A stretch of DNA of 64,000 nucleotides. Source: Gallionella sp. Lineage in GTDB: Bacteria > Pseudomonadota > Gammaproteobacteria > Burkholderiales > Gallionellaceae. Of the stretch, positions 42,161 to 51,030 are shown in pieces. Position numbers and translations under genes: made by a program. The stretch's first letter is position 1; every line of letters starts with the position of its first letter. The notes under the pieces are model-generated. The model had not been told where the DNA came from. It ran no database searches and was given only the letters and a program-made list of their open reading frames with translations. Location of the stretch: positions 875 to 64,874 of the forward strand of contig JBEBKA010000004.1 of the NCBI GenBank assembly GCA_040079595.1. The letters run 5' to 3'.

Positions 42161-43866
42161 GATTTTCCTTGAGGTTGTTTTGATTGTTGCCATGCTATCA
42201 AGGCTTCGGCGAACAACACCCGCCAACTTGCCTTCGCCTTCTCACCGCCCGCAATCACGCGCTGATACACAAACCACTCTGCTACATTTTTCGTGTCGGT
42301 CAAATGCTTGCCCAGCAAGGCTGGCAATGCCGCGATGACGACTTCCGCATCTTGGGCAAAAAGAAGGTGCGCGGTACTGTCCTGCGCGGATGATACCCAT
42401 GACACGGCATAAGTTTTTTCCAACAAACCCCACAGTCCTTTTTGCCCGCCGCTCAACACCTCCACACTTTTTGTTTCACTGCTGCATGTTTCCAAGCGAT
42501 AGCGAATATCTTCTATCGACATGTCGATGAGCAAGCCGGAATCGAGGCGTATCAATAATAGCGTGGCTTGCAGCTCGCCTGTTTGCTGCATCGAGGTGCG
42601 CAGCGTATTTTTTTCCAACACTTTCCCGGTGGCAGCGGAATACATCCGCGCAAAGCCAAAGAAGGTCAACGCGAATGAAATAGGTCCGGTCAGATTGATG
42701 TAGGTGGTGCTGAAATTGATGCTGGCGTAAGAAATTCCCAACAAAATAAATTGCGACGCGCCAAACCAGAGATCCACTTTCCCCATACTGAAGCCGCGAT
42801 AAAAGCCCCACGCCGTCACCCAAATAAGTGTCAGTGCCAGTAACAGGTAAGGGATGTGTGCATCGGGGAAGCGCAGGTAATCGTCATGCTTGAAGTTGTC
42901 GATTGCCGTGGCGAGTATCTCCACCCCCGGATGCATCTGGCTCATCGGCGTGGGTTTGATGTCAAACAAACTCGGCGCGGTCGAACCGATGATGATGATT
43001 TTGTCTTTGAACTCATCGGCAGGACGATGCTTTTCTTTGCTGGTTAAATCTTGGAATACATCCGAAAAACTGACAAACTGGTAAGTGAAAGGTTCGCCGC
43101 GCCAGTTCAGCAGCACGCGCTGCGCTTGCGGTGTTGCCCAGTTCAACTCCTTGCCGATACGCGCGGGCAGCGAAGGAATTTTCCAACCGTAATCCGCGCT
43201 ATACACCAGATATTGCCGCGCAACGGCATCGTCGTCAGGATAGATATTGTGCAACCCTAGTCGCCCGCTATTCAACGCCGATTGAAAGTGCGGCAACACC
43301 ATCGCTACCGTGGCATCTTGCTGCACGCCTTGAGTACCCTGCTCCACACCAGGAATCGCAGACGCTTTGATTTGGCTTAACGAATCACTGGAAGGGTCGA
43401 GTCGTAATATCGGAAAAAACGTGTTGTCCGTTTTGGCAATGGCCGCGTCAAAATACGCATCGCTGTCTGCGTTGTACAGGTCGGCATCGCTGAACAGAAT
43501 GTCGAACACGATCGCTTTGGGATGTTGTTTTTCAACCTGCTCGACAAACTCGCCCAACACTTGGCGCGGCCACGGCCAACGACCGTAATCTTTCGCCATC
43601 GCCGCCAGGCTCGCCTCGTTAATGTCCACGATAACGATGTCGGGATCAGGCTTGGGCTTCACGATGCGATAGTGCAACATGCTATCAAACGCCGCCTGAC
43701 GCACCTCCGCCGTGAAATGAAAAAACGAGTTATCTGCCACAGCAAAAATCGTAAACAGCCCAGCGAGGTACAGATAAAAGGTATTTTTCCAATAGCGTGC
43801 CAACAGCGCGGCGACGGCTGCGTAGCTGCGTTTCCAAGTGCTGATGATGAAAATGATGGGGTTCAT
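42157..43866 (-). CDS. CHASE2-domain membrane sensor without a recognisable output domain
   Basis: IVIVDINEASL, GRWPWPR, FDILFSD, IIIGSTA, HPGVEILATAIDN, three TM helices. Confidence 0.88.
   Translation of the reverse strand: MNPIIFIISTWKRSYAAVAALLARYWKNTFYLYLAGLFTIFAVADNSFFHFTAEVRQAAFDSMLHYRIVKPKPDPDIVIVDINEASLAAMAKDYGRWPWPRQVLGEFVEQVEKQHPKAIVFDILFSDADLYNADSDAYFDAAIAKTDNTFFPILRLDPSSDSLSQIKASAIPGVEQGTQGVQQDATVAMVLPHFQSALNSGRLGLHNIYPDDDAVARQYLVYSADYGWKIPSLPARIGKELNWATPQAQRVLLNWRGEPFTYQFVSFSDVFQDLTSKEKHRPADEFKDKIIIIGSTAPSLFDIKPTPMSQMHPGVEILATAIDNFKHDDYLRFPDAHIPYLLLALTLIWVTAWGFYRGFSMGKVDLWFGASQFILLGISYASINFSTTYINLTGPISFALTFFGFARMYSAATGKVLEKNTLRTSMQQTGELQATLLLIRLDSGLLIDMSIEDIRYRLETCSSETKSVEVLSGGQKGLWGLLEKTYAVSWVSSAQDSTAHLLFAQDAEVVIAALPALLGKHLTDTKNVAEWFVYQRVIAGGEKAKASWRVLFAEALIAWQQSKQPQGKS
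42175..42246. repeat. Direct repeat, right copy (current CHASE2 3' end)
   Basis: Matches 37561-37632 with 6 mismatches. Confidence 0.92.
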
Positions 43867-44072
43867 TGGAAAGTGAGTAAATAATTCATTGACTCTTAGC
43901 CAGCAATGATGGTTTTGCCTGTGGTTTGAGCAAAATTATACCCTCGCATTCAATTGGACGAGTGCCAACTTAGAAAAGAATTAGGCTGGTTTTTAACGTA
44001 AATAATGGTTGCGCCACAACTTTACGATTGTTGTGTTTACGAATTGTTGTGAGCGGTTAGATAACAACCTTG

Positions 44073-44088
44073 TGTTAGAATGCGCGCC
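44073..44088 (+). promoter_or_regulatory. typA extended -10 promoter with GC discriminator
   Basis: TG-T-TAGAAT-GCGCGCC. Confidence 0.55.
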
Positions 44089-44112
44089 CTTTGAATTTAG
44101 CAGGTAGTCCAC

Positions 44113-45927
44113 ATGTCTCGCGCACTCCGTAATATCGCCATTATCGCCCACGTTGACCACGGTAAAACCACCATGGTTGATAAACTGCTTACCCAAGCAG
44201 GCTCTTTCTCCGCCCACCAGCACGTCGCTGAACGGGTGATGGACAATAACGATTTGGAAAAAGAACGCGGAATTACCATTCTGGCGAAAAACTGTGCGGT
44301 GGATTACGAAGGCGTACATATCAACATCGTGGATACACCGGGTCACGCCGATTTCGGCGGCGAAGTAGAGCGTGTGTTGGGCATGGTGGACGGCGTGTTG
44401 CTGTTAGTGGATGCGGTTGAAGGGCCGATGCCGCAGACACGTTTCGTGACCAAAAAAGCATTGGCTTTGGGTTTGCGCCCTATCGTGGTTATCAATAAAG
44501 TAGATCGTCCGGGTGCGCGTTGCGACTGGGTGATCAACCAAACTTTCGATTTGTTCGACAAGCTCGGCGCATCGGAAGAGCAGTTGGACTTCCCAGTGGT
44601 TTATGCATCTGCATTGAACGGCTATGCGACCTTGGATTTAGCGAAGCCCAGCACGGATATGCGTCCCTTATTTGACACGGTGTTGAAGAATGTTCCTGCA
44701 CCTGCCGCAGCGGCGATGGATGAGCCGTTACAGCTGCAAATTTCCGCTTTGGAATACTCCAGTTTTGTCGGTCGTATCGGCGTGGGTCGCGTGTTGCGTG
44801 GTCGCATCAAGCCCGGTCAAGAGGTGATGGTCATGAATGGCGAGAAGTCATCCAAGCGCGGCCGTATCAACCAAGTGCTGGGCTTTCAAGGCGTGGATCG
44901 CTATTTAATGGACGAAGCGAAAGCGGGCGACATCGTGTTAATCAATGGTATTGATGAGATCGGTATCGGTGTGACCATTGCCGATATCAACAAGCCGGAA
45001 GCTTTGCCTTTGCCCAAGGTAGATGAGCCAACCTTAACCATGAACTTAATGGTGAATACTTCTCCATTGTGCGGACAAGAAGGTAAGTTCATCACCAGCC
45101 GTCAGATTCGTGATCGCTTGACTAAAGAGTTGTTGGTCAACGTGGCATTGCGTGTTGATGAAACCGATAACACCGACGTGTTCCTATTGGCAGGTCGAGG
45201 CGAATTGCACTTGACCATCCTGTTGGAAAATATGCGCCGCGAAGGTTTTGAGATGGGCGTGGGTAAACCGCGTGTGGTTTACCGCGAAATCAACGGCGAG
45301 AAATGCGAACCGTTCGAAGTGCTGACCGTTGACGTAGAAGATGCCAACCAAGGCGCGATCATGGAAGAGCTGGGTCGTCGTCGCGGCGATTTGCAAGACA
45401 TGCAGCCGGATGGTCACGGTCGCGTGCGTTTGGAATACCGTATTCCAGCGCGTGGTCTGATTGGTTTCCAGTCTGAATTTATGACGTTGACGCGCGGCAC
45501 TGGAATTATGGCGCACGTGTTTGATGACTACGCACCGGTGAAGGCGGATATGCCAGGTCGCCGCAACGGCGTGCTGATCTCTGCCGAGCAAGGCGATGCG
45601 GTAGCTTACGCGTTGTGGAAACTGGAAGATCGCGGTCGCATGATTGTAGTTCCGGGCGACAAATTGTACGAAGGTATGATTATCGGTATTCACAGCCGTG
45701 ACAACGATCTAATCGTTAACCCGATCAAGGGCAAGCAATTGACCAACGTGCGTGCTTCTGGCACCGATGAAGCGGTGCGTCTGACCCCGCCAGTTCGCCT
45801 GACTTTGGAATCGGCTGTCGAATTCATCGACGATGATGAATTGGTCGAGATTACACCAGTATCGATTCGTGTACGTAAACGCTATTTGACTGAAAACGAA
45901 CGTAAGCGTCAGGTTCGCGGTTTGTAA
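44113..45927 (+). CDS. typA: Translational GTPase TypA/BipA
   Basis: [29 protein letters not shown]. Confidence 0.97.
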   Translation: MSRALRNIAIIAHVDHGKTTMVDKLLTQAGSFSAHQHVAERVMDNNDLEKERGITILAKNCAVDYEGVHINIVDTPGHADFGGEVERVLGMVDGVLLLVDAVEGPMPQTRFVTKKALALGLRPIVVINKVDRPGARCDWVINQTFDLFDKLGASEEQLDFPVVYASALNGYATLDLAKPSTDMRPLFDTVLKNVPAPAAAAMDEPLQLQISALEYSSFVGRIGVGRVLRGRIKPGQEVMVMNGEKSSKRGRINQVLGFQGVDRYLMDEAKAGDIVLINGIDEIGIGVTIADINKPEALPLPKVDEPTLTMNLMVNTSPLCGQEGKFITSRQIRDRLTKELLVNVALRVDETDNTDVFLLAGRGELHLTILLENMRREGFEMGVGKPRVVYREINGEKCEPFEVLTVDVEDANQGAIMEELGRRRGDLQDMQPDGHGRVRLEYRIPARGLIGFQSEFMTLTRGTGIMAHVFDDYAPVKADMPGRRNGVLISAEQGDAVAYALWKLEDRGRMIVVPGDKLYEGMIIGIHSRDNDLIVNPIKGKQLTNVRASGTDEAVRLTPPVRLTLESAVEFIDDDELVEITPVSIRVRKRYLTENERKRQVRGL

Positions 45928-45951
45928 TAGCTGCCGTATCTGAGCAACAAG

Positions 45952-45985
45952 ACGCCGCCCAGTGCTATACTGCGCGGCGTTTTTT
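45952..45985 (+). terminator. Intrinsic terminator after typA
   Basis: ACGCCGC...GCGGCGT followed by T tract. Confidence 0.7.
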
Positions 45986-46185
45986 ATGTTCTTGGAGTCG
46001 GTGGATTTTTGATTAAATGATACCCAAAAGATAGACGGAGAACTTGCCGCAAAACATGTTGTCCGAACGCCGATGCTTCAATTGCTTCACGCCAGACCTG
46101 AATGTTCGGTTAAAATCACCAAAAAATAATAAAAGTGGGGAGCAATGTTCGCTTTGAGTTTAACTGCTCGCGGTAAGGAGAGATT

Positions 46186-46857
46186 GTGAAAAAATTTATT
46201 GTGCATATTGCATGCATAACTTTACTATTCAGTGTGATTAGCGCAAATGCTGGTGAATATACGAATGGAGGTTATTTGGGCGGGAAAATAGGGGTAAATT
46301 ATTCCGGCTCGACTGGTGCAAATAACAGTCCTAACGAAGCCACTTTCGCTTACATTTTGAATGGTGGGTATCTTCAGGGTGGGTACATTTTTACATCGAG
46401 AACATTACTACTAGGAGTGGGCGGATTTTTTGATCAGAATCCTTCTGAAAAGCATGGTAATACTAACGGGATTGAGTACGGCAGCCGTTCTGCAGGCGTG
46501 GACGCAAAAGTGGGGTTGCCATTAGGTTATTGGATGCCTTATGCCAAGCTGGGTTATGGTTATAGCACCGGTACTAAAAATCTGAACGCAGTGGCAGGCA
46601 ATAGCCTAAGTGGGACACTGGGTATTGAATACAAATTTGATACTCAGTGGAGCTTTCTTGGAGAATATAAGGTTGATGGTTTTGGTGGTAAAAATGGTGC
46701 GGGTAACATTTCAAATAAAGCATTGACCTTTGGGTTTAATTATTACTTCAATGCACCAGAAATAATTGTTGCGCCGATTGTGGAAGAGGTGTTTGAGGAG
46801 GAAGCACCTAAGCCGATTGTTATTCCAACTGCGGTAACCGACGCGCCACCGATTTAA
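46186..46857 (+). CDS. OmpA-like transmembrane beta-barrel with Pro/Glu-rich tail
   Basis: Signal peptide, YLGGKIG, GIEYKF, barrel end FGFNYYF; AAGGAG RBS, GTG start. Confidence 0.75.
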   Translation: MKKFIVHIACITLLFSVISANAGEYTNGGYLGGKIGVNYSGSTGANNSPNEATFAYILNGGYLQGGYIFTSRTLLLGVGGFFDQNPSEKHGNTNGIEYGSRSAGVDAKVGLPLGYWMPYAKLGYGYSTGTKNLNAVAGNSLSGTLGIEYKFDTQWSFLGEYKVDGFGGKNGAGNISNKALTFGFNYYFNAPEIIVAPIVEEVFEEEAPKPIVIPTAVTDAPPI

Positions 46858-46885
46858 GAGGTGGTTAATGCTCGGCGGAATTCAG

Positions 46886-46913
46886 AAAACGGGCTTGTTA
46901 TAGCCCGTTTTTT
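46886..46913 (+). terminator. Intrinsic terminator
   Basis: AAAACGGGCT-TGTTAT-AGCCCGTTTTTT. Confidence 0.75.
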
Positions 46914-46976
46914 GTTACCTCTGTTTTGTTGTCAAGGGATAAGATGCACTCCTTCAGTTTTTGATAAGTATTCGTA

Positions 46977-48581
46977 ATGAAAATAGCCGCCTCACAAATT
47001 AACTGTGTACTAGGTGACTTGACTGGCAATCTTGCTAAGGTTTTGAGTCATGTTGAGCAAGCCAAGCAGCAAGGGGTGCAGTTATTGCTCACGCCAGAAT
47101 TGGCTCTGTGTGGCTATCCGCCCGAAGATTTGCTGTTGCGCAAAGGGTTTTATTTGGCGTGTGCGCAAGCCTTGCAAGACCTCGCGGCAAAAATTTTCGG
47201 TATCACGGCGGTGGTGGGGCATCCGCATGAAATCAATGGCAAGCGCTACAACGCCGCTTCTGTTTTGCAAGATGGGAAGGTTCTTGTAACTTACCTGAAG
47301 TATGAGTTACCGAATTACTCTGTGTTCGATGAGAAGCGTTATTTTGAGCATGGTGCTGAGCCATGTGTGTTCAAGATGGGAGCGGTTACTTTTGCTCTGA
47401 ATATTTGCGCGGATGTATGGCAGCCCGAATCTGCACGTCAAGCTCGCGCTGCGGGCGCGCAAGTGTTATTGGTGTTGAATGCTTCACCTTTTGCCGTTAA
47501 CAAACAAGAGGCGCGCTATCAGGCTGTGAAGGCGCGCATCAGCGAAACGGGTATGGCGGTGGTGTATGCCAATATGGTGGGTGGTCAGGATGAACTAGTG
47601 TTTGATGGCGGATCCTTTGCGATGAACAACCAAGGGCAATTGGTCGCGCAAGCCCAGCGTTTCCAAGAAGAACTGCTGTTGCTCGATATTCAGGATGATT
47701 TGCAGTTGAGCGGAAACAAGGTCGCCGAGTTGAGCGAAGAAGCTGCCGTGTATCGTGCTTTGTGTTTGGGTGTGCGCGACTACATTACCAAGAATCGCTT
47801 TTCGGGGGTGCTGCTGGGCATGTCGGGGGGCATTGATTCCGCGCTGACCTTGGCGATTGCCGCTGATGCGTTGGGCGCGGACAAAGTTCACGCTGTGATG
47901 ATGCCTTCACCTTACACCGCACAAATCAGCTTGGATGATGCGCGTGAAATGGTGAAAACGCTGGGTGTACGCTACGATGAGTTTTCAATTCAGTCCCTGT
48001 TTGAAAGTTACCTTTCAACGTTAAGTGAACCCTTCGCTGGTCAAGCGGTCGATACCACCGAAGAAAATTTGCAAGCACGCATACGTGGCACATTACTCAT
48101 GGCATTGTCTAACAAACTTGGCTCAATTGTGCTGACCACGGGGAATAAATCGGAAATGACGGTGGGTTATGCCACATTGTACGGTGATATGGCAGGCGGT
48201 TTTGCGGTGTTAAAAGATGTCAGCAAGACGCTCGTATATCGGCTGGCGCGTTATCGCAACACACTAGGTCAAGTGATCCCGGAGCGCATCATTACACGCC
48301 CGCCGAGTGCCGAATTGCGACCCGATCAGACCGATCAAGACAACCTGCCGCCTTACGATGTATTGGATGCCATCATGGCGTGTTATGTGGAACATAACCT
48401 CAGCATTGTCGAAATTATTGCGCGCGGATTTTCAGAGATGGATGCGCGCCGTGTAGTGCATTTGACGCGCATCAGCGAATACAAGCGCCGTCAATCTGCA
48501 GTCGGTATTCGCATCACCGAACGCAGCTACGGCAAGGATTGGCGGTACCCGATCACAGTAAAGTATCAGGACGATTTTTAA
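46977..48581 (+). CDS. nadE: Glutamine-dependent NAD+ synthetase
   Basis: Nitrilase domain (PEL, ICAD) plus SGGIDS, TGNKSE, PSAELRPDQ. Confidence 0.96.
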   Translation: MKIAASQINCVLGDLTGNLAKVLSHVEQAKQQGVQLLLTPELALCGYPPEDLLLRKGFYLACAQALQDLAAKIFGITAVVGHPHEINGKRYNAASVLQDGKVLVTYLKYELPNYSVFDEKRYFEHGAEPCVFKMGAVTFALNICADVWQPESARQARAAGAQVLLVLNASPFAVNKQEARYQAVKARISETGMAVVYANMVGGQDELVFDGGSFAMNNQGQLVAQAQRFQEELLLLDIQDDLQLSGNKVAELSEEAAVYRALCLGVRDYITKNRFSGVLLGMSGGIDSALTLAIAADALGADKVHAVMMPSPYTAQISLDDAREMVKTLGVRYDEFSIQSLFESYLSTLSEPFAGQAVDTTEENLQARIRGTLLMALSNKLGSIVLTTGNKSEMTVGYATLYGDMAGGFAVLKDVSKTLVYRLARYRNTLGQVIPERIITRPPSAELRPDQTDQDNLPPYDVLDAIMACYVEHNLSIVEIIARGFSEMDARRVVHLTRISEYKRRQSAVGIRITERSYGKDWRYPITVKYQDDF

Positions 48582-48594
48582 GGAAGCTTAGGAA

Positions 48595-48891
48595 ATGAAA
48601 AGAGTTATTACATTAGTTGGTTTAGCCGTATTGCTTGCTGCCTGTGGCGAAAAAGTTGATCCACGTATAGAGCAAGACAAGCTACGTCGCTCGCCTGGGT
48701 TTAGTGAAGCTAGGCGAGTGTGCGCGCAATGCCATGCGCTCCCTAGCCCCAATCAACATCCCCCTGTAGCATGGCCTAGCGTGGTAGCGCGCATGGAAAA
48801 TTACATACGCGGTAGCAATAAGAGAATGCCTACGCAAAGTGAGCACGATGCACTGCTCGGATATTTCCAAAAAAACTCAAGCTGGAAGTAA
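48595..48891 (+). CDS. Monoheme c-type cytochrome lipoprotein
   Basis: Lipobox LLAAC; CAQCH; RM as possible distal Met. Confidence 0.75.
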   Translation: MKRVITLVGLAVLLAACGEKVDPRIEQDKLRRSPGFSEARRVCAQCHALPSPNQHPPVAWPSVVARMENYIRGSNKRMPTQSEHDALLGYFQKNSSWK

Positions 48892-48954
48892 TCGGGGGTG
48901 TTCCAAAGATTCCTAATTTCGCTATCTGGCAGCTCTACTGTAAAATGACGCCCC

Positions 48955-49893
48955 ATGAATCCACTCCAACTTTCCGTCGTCATCCCCGTCTATAACGAAG
49001 AACAGGGCTTGCAGTCCTTGTTTGACCGTTTGTATCCGGCACTCGACAAACTCAACATTCCTTACGAAATTTTGTTCATCAACGATGGCAGTCGTGATCG
49101 TTCGCCTGCGATTTTGCGCGAGCAGTTTCAAAAGCGTCCCGATGTGACGCGGGTGATTCTGTTTAACGGTAACTTTGGTCAGCACATGGCGATCATGGCG
49201 GGCTTCGAGCATAGTCGTGGACAGCGCGTGGTGACGTTGGATGCGGACTTGCAGAACCCGCCCGAGGATACGGGCTTGCTGTTGGCGAAGATGGATGAAG
49301 GGCATGATTACGTTGGCTCGATTCGTCGTCAGCGCAGCGACAGTTGGTGGCGGCATGTGGCATCGCGCGCCATGAACGGTCTGCGTGAAAAAATTACTCA
49401 CATCAAGATGACCGATCAGGGATGTATGTTTCGCGCTTATGACCGCAACATCATTGATGCGATCAATAGTTGCAAGGAAGTCAGTACCTTCATTCCTGCC
49501 TTGGCCTATACATTTGCACGTAATCCAGCTGAGGTGGTGGTGGGGCATGAAGAACGTGCTGCGGGAGAATCGAAGTATTCGATGTACAGCCTGATCCGCC
49601 TGAATTTTGATCTGATGACCAGTTTCTCGCTACTGCCGTTGCAGATGTTCTCCATGCTAGGCATGCTGATCTCGGTGTTCTCGGCGTTCTTCTTCGTGTT
49701 CCTGGTGGTTCGCCGTTTGATTATTGGGCCGGAAGCAGAAGGATTGTTCACGCTGTTTGCGTTGATGTTCTTCCTCATCGGAATCGCGTTGTTCGGCATT
49801 GGTCTGCTTGGTGAATACATTGGGCGCATCTATCAGCAAGTACGGCATCGTCCGCGTTATCTGGTTGATGCTGTGTTGGAAAAAATGGAATGA
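48955..49893 (+). CDS. arnC: Undecaprenyl-phosphate Ara4FN transferase (GT2)
   Basis: VIPVYNE, NDGSRD, NFGQHMA, LDADLQNPPE; arn context. Confidence 0.85.
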   Translation: MNPLQLSVVIPVYNEEQGLQSLFDRLYPALDKLNIPYEILFINDGSRDRSPAILREQFQKRPDVTRVILFNGNFGQHMAIMAGFEHSRGQRVVTLDADLQNPPEDTGLLLAKMDEGHDYVGSIRRQRSDSWWRHVASRAMNGLREKITHIKMTDQGCMFRAYDRNIIDAINSCKEVSTFIPALAYTFARNPAEVVVGHEERAAGESKYSMYSLIRLNFDLMTSFSLLPLQMFSMLGMLISVFSAFFFVFLVVRRLIIGPEAEGLFTLFALMFFLIGIALFGIGLLGEYIGRIYQQVRHRPRYLVDAVLEKME

Positions 49894-50813
49894 GCCGTGC
49901 CGTTGTCTTCGCCTACCACAACGTAGGCTACCGTTGCCTTTCCACGTTGCTGGCGCACGGTGTCGATGTAGCACTCGTTGTCACGCATCTCGATAATCCC
50001 AACGAAACCATTTGGTTTGAAAGTGTTGCCGAATTGGCGGCGTTGCATGGCATTCCCGTCATCACACCCGATGACCCCAGCACACCGGAAGCAGTTGCGC
50101 AGATTCAGGCATTGCAGCCGGATTTCTTTTTTTCATTTTACTACCGACTGATGTTGAAGCCAGCATTGTTGGCGATACCAAAAAATGGCGCGTTCAATAT
50201 GCACGGCTCGCTGCTGCCGAAATATCGCGGGCGGGTTCCGGTAAATTGGGCGATAATTCGCGGCGAGACCGAAACGGGCGCGACACTGCATTACATGACG
50301 GAAAAGCCCGATAACGGCGACATTGTGGCGCAACAAGCCGTACCAATTTTGCCGAATGACACGGCACATGAAGTGTTCCAGAAAGTAACGGTCGCAGCGG
50401 AAATAGCATTGAATAATTGCTTGCCGGGTTTGCTGGCAGGCAAGGCACAAGCGGTTAAACAGGACTTGAGTAAGGGCGCGTATTTCGGTGGGCGCAAAGC
50501 AGAAGACGGCATCATTGATTGGTCACAATCAGCGTTGGAAATACACAATCTAGTTCGTGCGGTTGCGCCACCGTATCCAGGTGCGACAACAAAGCTGAAG
50601 GGCAAAACCATGCGTATTTTGCAAACGCTAGTAACTAAATGCACCGCAGCCAGAAAAGAAGCTCCAGCCTTGTATGTGAAAGAAGGTAGAGCGTATGCGA
50701 TTTGTGGCAGCGGGGTGTTGCGCGTGGTGCGCTTTGAGTTGAATGGGGTGGAGATGAGTGCTGCTGAGTTTGCTACGAATTACGGTGCGGAAAAATTTGA
50801 GTTTGGTATGTAG
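49890..50813 (+). CDS. UDP-Ara4N formyltransferase (ArnA N-terminal module as separate gene)
   Basis: VFAYHNVG, FNMHGSLLPKYRGRVPVNW. Confidence 0.85.
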   Translation: MSRAVVFAYHNVGYRCLSTLLAHGVDVALVVTHLDNPNETIWFESVAELAALHGIPVITPDDPSTPEAVAQIQALQPDFFFSFYYRLMLKPALLAIPKNGAFNMHGSLLPKYRGRVPVNWAIIRGETETGATLHYMTEKPDNGDIVAQQAVPILPNDTAHEVFQKVTVAAEIALNNCLPGLLAGKAQAVKQDLSKGAYFGGRKAEDGIIDWSQSALEIHNLVRAVAPPYPGATTKLKGKTMRILQTLVTKCTAARKEAPALYVKEGRAYAICGSGVLRVVRFELNGVEMSAAEFATNYGAEKFEFGM

Positions 50814-50828
50814 ATGTTTTTAAGGTTT

Positions 50829-51003
50829 CGTCATTGATGAAACAACTAGCTATTCGACTAAGCCCGCAAGCGGGCAAGTCGCTGGTTATCCCGTGCAGGC
50901 GGGAATCCAGCAATAAAAAAGACTCCGCGAAGCGGACAAGAAATGTTGTCCCCGTTGGGGGGAGTTGTTAATTAACTGGATTCCCGCCTGCGCGGGAATG
51001 ACG
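50829..51003. repeat. Inverted pair of GTCATTCCCGC(G)CAGGCGGGAATCCAG (dRS3-like) repeats, left arm interrupted by a second palindromic element
   Basis: Right arm 50976-51003 intact; left arm CGTCATT(50829-50835)+54 nt+CCCGTGCAGGCGGGAATCCAG(50890-50910). Confidence 0.85.
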
Positions 51004-51030
51004 ATGGAATTTAATTATTAAGGAAATGAA

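Larger units (their letters stand above)
37633..42174. mobile_element. Direct-repeat-flanked accessory cassette without integrase
   Basis: Bounded by duplicated CHASE2 tail; carries TA pair, truncated RTX-like gene, membrane protein, OM barrel. Confidence 0.75.

Noticed and set aside
44042-44067. lac-operator-like AATTG..TGTGAGCGG-TTAG-ATAACAA upstream of typA
   Set aside because: Broken by insertions relative to lacO, no lac genes nearby, and it lies just upstream of an ordinary extended -10 promoter; likely coincidence
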